This document shows positions 7,273-14,654 of a stretch of 18,582 nt of DNA, one piece after another (within the stretch, counting starts at the first letter, position 1; each line of letters opens with the position of its first letter). The stretch is from assembly GCA_035285545.1 (NCBI GenBank), contig JAYKGY010000016.1:1-18582 (forward strand), read 5' to 3'. The notes under the pieces were generated by a model that saw only the letters and a program-made list of their open reading frames with translations, had not been told where the DNA came from and did not search any database. The stretch comes from Snowella sp. (lineage in GTDB: Bacteria > Cyanobacteriota > Cyanobacteriia > Cyanobacteriales > Microcystaceae). The position numbers were made by a program, and so were the translations under genes.

Positions 7273-8706
7273 TTAACTTGGTTTGATTTTGTTATTAATA
7301 ATATTTTTTCCCAATAAATAAATCATTTCCGCGATCGGTTGAAAGCGAATCATAATTCCATTGATAGATGATAAATCAGTAATTGTTTTTGTCGTTACTG
7401 AGGTTTGTACTAAACCGTTTTCTTGAATAAATTGAACTAAGCCGCTGAGTTCATTAAGATTGTTGACAATTCTATCTGACCATTTAACTTCTACACACCA
7501 CTCAGGTTTTTGGGTATCAGGACGCAAGTAAACCAGATCAACCTCTCCTGTTTTCCAACGCGCGTAATAGATTTGCTCAATTTTCTCGCTATGAAACCAT
7601 TGGCTAAACAGTGCGGTTTCGGTTAAGGCTCCCATTGCTTCATCTTCTTCTGTTACGAATCCAAATAAAGCGGCTCTCATCGAAGGATTAGTTAAATAAA
7701 CTTTAAAAGATGTTGCTCGTTGAAAATGTTTAGCATTACGATCAATCCGATTAATACATTTAATTAGAAATGCCGCTTCTAAGTATTCCAAATAGCGTTT
7801 TAGAGTATTTTTCGCTACCCCTGCTGACTTAGAAAGAGACTCTAAACTCACTTCATTACCTGTATTGTAAGCAAGGGTTGTAAATAATCTATTTAATTCT
7901 TGAATATCATTAATTCCGTATAAACTCGGTAAATCTCTGAGTAAAACCTTGTCAATAATATCGCTTTTTATATATTGAGAACTATCAAGTTGAATCGTTT
8001 TAGAAAATACAGCTTCAGGATAGCCCCCGTAATTTAAATAATTAATAAACTCTTGATTTAGTTCATAAATGTTTCTAATAGCATCTATTTCTTTGTTTGA
8101 CTGTCCTTGAAAGAAGGTTAAAATAAGTTCATCTTCTCGCTCAATAAATCGTAAATATTCAGCAAAGGTTAAAGGCGGCAAAATAAAATTAGAAAATCGT
8201 CCTGCTCCTGATTCAATACTTTTTAATCGTAGAGCAGCAGCGGCGGAACCTGTGGCAATAAATTTATAATCAGGGTAAGAATCAACGAGAGATTTTAGGT
8301 GAATTTCCCAATTTTTAAGATATTGTATTTCATCAAAAAAAATAACTAAGGCATCTTTTCGCTGATGGTTATGTAATTCTTGAAAAAAATTAACTAGTTG
8401 TTCTAAACTTAAGCCGGTATAAACAGGAGTTTCAATGGATAAATAAAGAATTTGAGTGGGTTTTAAGCCTTCATTAATTAAGCGTTGAATGGCGTGATAA
8501 ACCATTACGGTTTTTCCAACCCGTCTTGGCCCCATGAGAATTAAAGCACGATTGACTGATTTATCCGTAATTAAGTCAAAAAATAACTCAAAATAGGAAC
8601 GACGAGGCATTTTATTAAAACGCTCATCAATTTGCTCTTCATTTTCCCACCAAGGGTTATCAAACAGCAGACGCTTCTTGATTTCTTTTTCCGATATCTG
8701 AAGCAT
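7273..8706 (-). CDS. AAA+ ATP-binding protein (AAA_14 / DUF4143 type) with HTH and C-terminal restriction-endonuclease-like motif
   Basis: N-terminal NPWW, Walker A GPRRVGKT, Walker B IFFDEIQ, ATGS, GGYPE, HTH-like SLESLSKSAGVAKNTLKRYLEYL, C-terminal EVDLV...VEVKW. Confidence 0.92.
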   Translation of the reverse strand: MLQISEKEIKKRLLFDNPWWENEEQIDERFNKMPRRSYFELFFDLITDKSVNRALILMGPRRVGKTVMVYHAIQRLINEGLKPTQILYLSIETPVYTGLSLEQLVNFFQELHNHQRKDALVIFFDEIQYLKNWEIHLKSLVDSYPDYKFIATGSAAAALRLKSIESGAGRFSNFILPPLTFAEYLRFIEREDELILTFFQGQSNKEIDAIRNIYELNQEFINYLNYGGYPEAVFSKTIQLDSSQYIKSDIIDKVLLRDLPSLYGINDIQELNRLFTTLAYNTGNEVSLESLSKSAGVAKNTLKRYLEYLEAAFLIKCINRIDRNAKHFQRATSFKVYLTNPSMRAALFGFVTEEDEAMGALTETALFSQWFHSEKIEQIYYARWKTGEVDLVYLRPDTQKPEWCVEVKWSDRIVNNLNELSGLVQFIQENGLVQTSVTTKTITDLSSINGIMIRFQPIAEMIYLLGKNIINNKIKPS

Positions 8707-8719
8707 GGGTCACAATTAG

Positions 8720-8744
8720 AGTCAGTGCATTGACTTTAATTATA
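8720..8744 (-). promoter_or_regulatory. TATAAT -10 box and near-palindrome upstream of the AAA+ gene
   Basis: ATTATA at 8739-8744 reads TATAAT on the minus strand. AGTCAGTGCATTGACT (8720-8735, 7 of 8 symmetric pairs) covers the expected transcription start near 8732. Confidence 0.55.
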
Positions 8745-8789
8745 GCCAATTTGTGTTTAAGATTAATGGATTGACCTTAGTTAAAATAG

Positions 8790-10724
8790 CTAGTTTTTGT
8801 TTCCCGCCGATTGTAAATAGAAATTAAATCGGTTTTCGAGTTGAGTAGGGGTTAAGGCTTGCGTCCAGTATTCAACCAAGGCATGACCAAAAGCCCAGGC
8901 ATTGCGGTCAGGGGTTGCATCGTTTTCAATCAGCAAGGGCCAAAGGGCTAGTAAATCAAAGTTTAAGGGTTGATTAGAATTTTCATTCAGTAAGCCGAAT
9001 AAATCGTAGGCTAGTTGGAGTTTACCGATAACGATGGGTAATTGCTCTACAGGAATTTGTTCTGCTAATAAATAAGCTAGGGTAGGAGAGCCGGTGGATA
9101 AGGTAGAAATGAATTGCAAGACAGGGCTTTTTAACAGAGCCGTTAACCCTTGGGCTGTACTCATTTGAAAAATATAGCGGTCAATGAGTTTAGCCGCAGC
9201 GATGGTTCTGGCTTCGAGATTTTTGAAAAAGCGGGCAAGTCGTAATTGTTGGGCAGGCGCGATCGCGTCTAAGAGGGCAAAGGCTAAAGCATCAATTCCC
9301 CAAGCAATACGGTTTACAGTCGGATCACCCATCACGACGGGCAACACTTGAGAACAATAATCTCCTAATTGTTCAACTCGGTATTGAACGGCTTCTCGGA
9401 TAGATTTTTCCTTGGGTTTCTCGCCCCATTGCCAATCATAAGGCGGGTTCCATTCCCGAAACGGACGCAATCGATCCACTTGAGAAATGAGGGTAAAGGT
9501 CGGTAAATCGGCAACCTGTTGGCTAATATCCCGCAAAAAGTCCGCATCCATTTGCAGGGCAGGATCAAGGGCAGGATTCAACAGCAATAACAGATCGGCG
9601 GTACTGGCATAATCTAATACCTGTTCCCTTAAGTCTGTGCGTTCAATTTGTTCATAGCCTGGCGTATCCCACAGAATCAACGTTTCGCCCTGACCCGTTT
9701 TCCATTCGTATTGCTGCACTAGGGTCGTACTGGGCAACAGATCAATTTCAGCTTTGTCGGCTTGAAACAGGGTATTGATTAAACTACTTTTGCCTGCTCC
9801 CGTTCTGCCCACCAGCAAAATATTGATGGGTTTGGTTTGCACCGCTTCAGGGGATTCGGCTTGTAATAACAGTTCTTTGAGGGTTTGGGTTTGGGCTTTG
9901 GCTAGGGTTGCCGTGGGATTGCTAAAAATATCGGGGGGTAAGGTGTTGCCACTATAGAGCGCGATCGCCTGACGAGCCAGATTTCTTAAAGCCGCTTCTC
10001 GGAGTAGTTGGGTCAAATTGAGCAATAACTGTTGATTTGCAGCCGAACTAGATCGTTTACTAGCTTGATTAGCTGCTGCTGCTGCCGGATTTAGTAACCA
10101 TTGGGCCCAACCCCATACTTTCCACAGTTTCCGCAACGACGGTTCTAAGCGTTGATAGATTTCATAGGATTGGTACGCCTGTCCAATGGTAATTTGATTA
10201 AGGGTGGGAGATAATCGCTGCATCCATTGGTCTAAATCATCAACGGTTCCCCGAATGAGTCCGTAGGCTTGGGGGATATAGATATTCAGCAACGGATATT
10301 TCACTTCAGGATGGTAATGCTGGGCAACGGCAATAACGACTTCTTGGCAACGTTTCCAAAAGGTCGGCCAATCTTCCCAGATCGCCTTATCCTGTTGGGC
10401 CGTATCGAGAATGGTTTTTAAATTGGCTTCTAGTTGAGCCACGCGATCGCGCCCAGAATTAGCGTCTACCGCTACACTCGTTTCGCTCTCTAATTCCTGT
10501 TGAATTTCGGTTAAAACCGTTTCCAGTTGATTCACCGCTGGCTTTGTCCAACGCACGAGCAGCCAACGCCAACCAACAAAAATTAAGGTAAAAATCGCCC
10601 AAATCCAAGTAAGTCCCCAAGCGTGGATCTGCCACGATGCAGCAACTAACAGAAAAATTACTATACTCGCGATCGGTAAAATCAGAACCAACCACTGCCA
10701 TTTCGTTAAGCGTACCGTTACCAT
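8790..10724 (-). CDS. Membrane-anchored P-loop GTPase (MMR_HSR1/YcjF-like cyanobacterial family)
   Basis: Two N-terminal TM segments; G1 GRTGAGKS, G3 DTPG, atypical G4 SQVD. ATG 10724 preferred over TTG 10742. Confidence 0.9.
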   Translation of the reverse strand: MVTVRLTKWQWLVLILPIASIVIFLLVAASWQIHAWGLTWIWAIFTLIFVGWRWLLVRWTKPAVNQLETVLTEIQQELESETSVAVDANSGRDRVAQLEANLKTILDTAQQDKAIWEDWPTFWKRCQEVVIAVAQHYHPEVKYPLLNIYIPQAYGLIRGTVDDLDQWMQRLSPTLNQITIGQAYQSYEIYQRLEPSLRKLWKVWGWAQWLLNPAAAAANQASKRSSSAANQQLLLNLTQLLREAALRNLARQAIALYSGNTLPPDIFSNPTATLAKAQTQTLKELLLQAESPEAVQTKPINILLVGRTGAGKSSLINTLFQADKAEIDLLPSTTLVQQYEWKTGQGETLILWDTPGYEQIERTDLREQVLDYASTADLLLLLNPALDPALQMDADFLRDISQQVADLPTFTLISQVDRLRPFREWNPPYDWQWGEKPKEKSIREAVQYRVEQLGDYCSQVLPVVMGDPTVNRIAWGIDALAFALLDAIAPAQQLRLARFFKNLEARTIAAAKLIDRYIFQMSTAQGLTALLKSPVLQFISTLSTGSPTLAYLLAEQIPVEQLPIVIGKLQLAYDLFGLLNENSNQPLNFDLLALWPLLIENDATPDRNAWAFGHALVEYWTQALTPTQLENRFNFYLQSAGNKN

Positions 10725-10857
10725 AAACCTGCTCTCAACCAATCGAGGGGAATATTTTCTATTTTGCCTTGGTTTTTCCTATCAGTTCACAGTAAGTCAG
10801 TAGTGGTTTGAAATTAAAGTTCAAATGTAGGATAAGCATCTTGCCCGTTAATAGGGA

Positions 10858-11802
10858 TTAAGACTGTTGAAGCGGTTCCAATGGGGCAGTTTCAGTGTGT
10901 AAAATCTGGGTAATTAAGGCCGCAACCTGAGCAGGCTGTTCCACCATTGATAAATGGCCACAATCGGGAATTTCTAGGACATTTTTACCATAGGGGTGAA
11001 ATAAAGAATGAAAACTTGCCAAATGGCGTACATATTTTAATTCCATAATCGTGTCTTGCTTCCCGGCTAAGAAATAAACAGGTTCTTGCAAACGGGCCAC
11101 AATCTGGGGTAAAAGATGGACTTCTTCCTCCGTTGTTGTATCGATTAAAGCTCCTAAGGCGGCTTCCGTATCGGCTTTCACAAAATCAAGGACTCGTTGT
11201 TTTCCCCATTTCCGCTCTAAGGGAGTACATACCATTGCTCTGGAAAACATACGATCTACTCCAGGCAAATACGGCAACCAGGGAGGACGAAATTGCACCA
11301 ACCGTTTCCCCATTGTCCGAAATCGATCAAATTCTTCTTTTAAATAAATCCCCCCCCCAGAATTGAGGCAAATCACACCTTTTACCCGGTCTGAGCAATA
11401 ATCTGCTCCCCAGATCGCAATGCTGCCACCTAGAGAGTGGCCGATTAACCAGGCAGAGGAAATATCGAGAGATTCTAATAAAATGCTGAGGTCTTGGGCA
11501 TAGGTTCCCAGACTGTACAACGGTAAATCTTGACGATTACGACCAGAGAAGTCCGTTGTTTGACCAAATCTTAAGCTGTAATTTTTAGCATTAATGCTAC
11601 TAATCGGTTGGGAATCCCCAAAGCCTCGGAGGTCATAGGCCAAACACTGATAATACGGAGACAGGATTTCAATCAAGGGTTGCCAATAACTTCGGCTTAA
11701 TAACCAACCATGAATAAAGATTAATTTAGGAGCCGATTCACAGGAAACAGGGGGGGTGAGATCGTAGGTGTGGGGAACTCCCAAAATGTCGATAGTTGGC
11801 AT
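10858..11802 (-). CDS. Alpha/beta fold hydrolase
   Basis: Oxyanion motif FIHGW, YDLRGFGDS, nucleophile elbow GHSLGG, acid in GKQD, catalytic His in CGHL. Confidence 0.95.
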   Translation of the reverse strand: MPTIDILGVPHTYDLTPPVSCESAPKLIFIHGWLLSRSYWQPLIEILSPYYQCLAYDLRGFGDSQPISSINAKNYSLRFGQTTDFSGRNRQDLPLYSLGTYAQDLSILLESLDISSAWLIGHSLGGSIAIWGADYCSDRVKGVICLNSGGGIYLKEEFDRFRTMGKRLVQFRPPWLPYLPGVDRMFSRAMVCTPLERKWGKQRVLDFVKADTEAALGALIDTTTEEEVHLLPQIVARLQEPVYFLAGKQDTIMELKYVRHLASFHSLFHPYGKNVLEIPDCGHLSMVEQPAQVAALITQILHTETAPLEPLQQS

Positions 11803-11880
11803 AGGATTAGCGGATGAAAAGGAGTTTTACCCCTAATACAATGACTACATACACTCACTATAAACGATTAGTGTTCTGAT

Positions 11881-12075
11881 GGTTAATTCCTAATAATAGA
11901 ACAACACCCAAGCCCTAATCTTCAGTTCCATTCCTTGTTTCTCTTACTAAATCCCTACGGAGTTGCAATCTTTTTTGCAAGTTGCCTATTCTCCCTAGAT
12001 TCTTAACAAAAAGGAATTTTCTGTTTTCGGTTTGGGTGTTGATTCAGGTTAGACGAGACACGTTTGAGATTAAAC
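11881..12075 (-). ncRNA. ssrS: Probable 6S RNA (ends approximate)
   Basis: Nested inverted repeats form an irregular rod: 11902-11914 with 12029-12041 (12/13), ATTCCTT with AAGGAAT, AATC..TA.GGAG with CTCC.TAGATT, and an apical TTGCAA-N5-TTGCAA. On the minus strand CCCAAACC-GA...GGGCUUGGG flanks an internal bubble, as CCCUGAGCC-GA...GGGUUCAAGGG does in E. coli 6S (from memory). Length of about 180-195 nt fits 6S. Confidence 0.6.
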
Positions 12076-12507
12076 AGCGCGATTTTTACCTCTTTTTGTA
12101 GAATGAAACTTGACTTAACTTGGTTTTGGCTGTTTTATCTGCCACTGAAGCTCTTTTGCTTCATGTATCTACTCTAATAATTTTCCTGAGTTAGTGCAAG
12201 CCTTTTCTACAAAACTTTATTGAAGGATGAGCAATCGCTTAAAAACTACAAAGTTATGTTAAGAACAGATTAAGACATTTTTAAGCCTAGTCAAACTAAT
12301 AGAAATAATAAGTTTAATTGAATTAATCTAGCTCTTCAGCCATCATGGTTATTGATAAACAAATATTATTAATAATCTTCTTTTAAGCGATAAAAATCAT
12401 CTTGCATGGACTCTAGAGGCTCATGGCTAAGAATTTGTCTTGGTTATCTCCGAGGCTGTGGCCGCGATCGCGTCTTCATTATTTTGAACCAGTTCCCCTA
12501 CTCCGCT

Positions 12508-12536
12508 TTGTCTTACCGATCATTTTCCGATATAGT
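12508..12536 (+). promoter_or_regulatory. Sigma70-type promoter of the porin gene
   Basis: TTGTCT (12508-12513), 17-nt spacer, TATAGT (12531-12536); 65 nt before the ATG. Confidence 0.6.
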
Positions 12537-12552
12537 TAAATACTGACAAAAA

Positions 12553-12567
12553 TGAGAATCATTCTCA
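12553..12567. promoter_or_regulatory. Fur-family box
   Basis: Perfect 7-1-7 inverted repeat TGAGAAT-C-ATTCTCA, one symmetric change per arm from the Fur consensus TGATAAT-N-ATTATCA. It lies between the predicted TSS and the porin start. Confidence 0.8.
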
Positions 12568-12601
12568 CTCATCAACCCTTGTCTTTCATAAACTGACCCC
12601 T

Positions 12602-14257
12602 ATGTCTAAATCCCTATTATCTTCGCTTCCTGTTACTGCGCTTCTCCTCAGCCTAGCGATTATCCCTAGTCAAGCGACCCCCGATCCCAACGGAAAATTA
12701 ATGCGATCGCCCAAAGATCCACTCCATAGAACGCTAGACGGTTTTCTCAATCCCCCCCATAACAGGAACACAGAAGATGGCCTCTCTCAAGTTACCAACG
12801 TCTCCGAATTACGGGATATTGCGCCGAGTGATTGGGCCTATGAAGCCTTACGCAGTTTAGTCGAACGCTATGGTTGCATCGTCGGTTATCCTGACCGCAC
12901 CTTTCGAGGCAATCGGGCCCTCTCCCGTTGGGAATTTGCAGCAGGGTTAAATGCCTGTCTGAATACGATGGAAAGATTGTTACAGGAAAATGTTGCCGTT
13001 ATTCGAGAAGATCTGGATAAATTAAAACGCCTAACGGAAGAATTTAGGCAAGAACTCACCGCAATGGGGGTTCGGGTTGATAATCTCGAAGCAAGAACTG
13101 CCTTTTTAGAAAATCACACCTTTTCTACTACCACCAAACTAGAAGGCGAAGTGGTTTTAGGGTTAGCAGGCATTGCCGCAGGAGAAAGAAATGGGGGGGA
13201 ACCGAATGATAAAAGTACCGTTTTAGGTTACCGGACACGGTTACAATTACTAACCAGCTTTACTGGGGAAGATGAACTCTATATCCGCTTAGCGACGGGA
13301 AATATTCCTACTTTTGAAGAAGAAACGGGAACCTTTCAATCAACGTTAGGTTTTGCTCAACCCGATGATAATCAATTAGCCGTAGAAGTGATTAAATATA
13401 ATTTTCCATTGACCAGCAATATAAATATGATTTTTGGGACAGGTGAAGCTTTTGATGATTTTGCTAGTACTTTAAACTTTTTAGATGGGGATGGTGCCTA
13501 TGGGTCATTTACAGCCTTTGGTACTCGTAACCCTATTTACTACGATGGAGAGGGAACGGGTCTGGGTTTTCAGGGAAATTTAGGAGATTTCCAGTGGAGT
13601 TTAGCCTATCTCGCGATGGAAGCTCATGATCCCAATTTAGGAAAGGGATTATTTAATGGGCCCTATGGCGCACTGGCTCAAATTGGTTACAATCCTAGCG
13701 AAAATTTTGGGATTGCCTTTACTTACGTTCATGGCTATGACAATCTCGATACGGCAACAGGAAGCTTGAAGTCTAATTTCCAATATTTTACAGAAACGAC
13801 CTTTGATCAACCCGTAAAAACTGCTAATAATGCCTATGGTTTAGAATTTTCTTGGAAAGTGACAGATGGGTTTGTGCTCGGTGGTTGGGGAGGCTATACC
13901 AAATCCTTAACCCTAAATCCCGTTGCGATGAGTGAAGAAGAGGTTTTGCCCCGTGGCAGTTTGGATATTTGGAACTGGGCGGTTACTTTAGGATTCCCGG
14001 ATGCGTTTAAAGAAGGCAATTTAGCAGGCATTATTGTAGGGATGCAGCCCTGGGTCACGAGTTCAACGGTTAATTTACCCGATGGGTTTAGTGCCAGCGA
14101 TCGCGATACCTCGATGCACTTTGAAGCCTTTTATCAGTATGCAGTTAACAAAAATATCTTTATTACCCCAGGGATTGCAGTGATTACATCCCCTGATAAC
14201 GATTCTCGCAATGCACCCTTAGTCATTGGGACTATCCGCACGACCTTTGCTTTTTAG
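12602..14257 (+). CDS. Cyanobacterial outer-membrane porin (SLH domain plus OprB-like barrel, 'iron uptake porin' family)
   Basis: Signal peptide; SLH motif DIAPSDWAYEALRSLVERYGCIVGYPDRTFRGNRALSRWEFAAGLNACL; coiled coil; FSTTTKLEGEV; C-terminal EAFY...ITPG...GTIRTTFAF with terminal Phe. Confidence 0.96.
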   Translation: MSKSLLSSLPVTALLLSLAIIPSQATPDPNGKLMRSPKDPLHRTLDGFLNPPHNRNTEDGLSQVTNVSELRDIAPSDWAYEALRSLVERYGCIVGYPDRTFRGNRALSRWEFAAGLNACLNTMERLLQENVAVIREDLDKLKRLTEEFRQELTAMGVRVDNLEARTAFLENHTFSTTTKLEGEVVLGLAGIAAGERNGGEPNDKSTVLGYRTRLQLLTSFTGEDELYIRLATGNIPTFEEETGTFQSTLGFAQPDDNQLAVEVIKYNFPLTSNINMIFGTGEAFDDFASTLNFLDGDGAYGSFTAFGTRNPIYYDGEGTGLGFQGNLGDFQWSLAYLAMEAHDPNLGKGLFNGPYGALAQIGYNPSENFGIAFTYVHGYDNLDTATGSLKSNFQYFTETTFDQPVKTANNAYGLEFSWKVTDGFVLGGWGGYTKSLTLNPVAMSEEEVLPRGSLDIWNWAVTLGFPDAFKEGNLAGIIVGMQPWVTSSTVNLPDGFSASDRDTSMHFEAFYQYAVNKNIFITPGIAVITSPDNDSRNAPLVIGTIRTTFAF

Positions 14258-14269
14258 ACAATGAAAAGA

Positions 14270-14422
14270 TTCAGTTCTTTGGATAATCTGGCATACAGTA
14301 GCTTCTGATATGCCAAAATCCAATGCGATATGCAATTTTGTTCGATATTCTCGCCAATATTGCAAAGTGATGAGTAATTGGTCTGCTACACTAAGTTTAT
14401 TTTGTCCTCCTCGCTTTCCCTT
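14270..14422 (-). mobile_element. Transposase remnant, HTH region of an IS5-family (ISL2/IS702-like) element
   Basis: KRGGQNKLSVADQLLITLQYWREYRTKLHIALDFGISEATVCQIIQRTE matches the family pattern KLS..DQLL.TL.YWREYRT..HI...G.SE.TV..II. No DDE domain follows, and the frame runs into the antisense strand of the porin. Confidence 0.85.
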
Positions 14423-14654
14423 CCGTACTGATGGCATCAGCAACGCAAGCAAAATCGCGGTTGGATAATCCCTGCCATTTCTATTTTACGCTTTATTTGG
14501 TTGACTTACTTAGTCTATAATCAGCTTTGACGAGCCGCTTGTCTCATTTCGTGCAAAATTGGTCGATTCATAAAATTTCTAGAGATGACTCAAATAGCAT
14601 AATTCCGTTGATGCATATTATGGCTAAGCGCACAATTCGTAACGTCTAATTCTT

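Noticed and set aside
6666..9258. HIP1-free gap as proof of horizontal transfer of the AAA+ gene
   Set aside because: A similar 2-kb gap (10451-12463) covers an ordinary gene; at about one site per kb such gaps are expected.
12103..12177. 24-aa hydrophobic ORF MKLDLTWFWLFYLPLKLFCFMYLL as a possible type I toxin
   Set aside because: No RBS; the hydrophobicity follows from T-rich DNA; it overlaps the likely promoter region of the structured RNA.
12423..12539. 38-aa ORF upstream of the porin
   Set aside because: No motif, weak RBS spacing, and it runs over the predicted porin -35/-10 elements.
14219..14452. 77-aa ORF as a functional gene
   Set aside because: Only the central part matches a transposase HTH; the ends are unrelated sequence, including 39 nt antisense to the porin.
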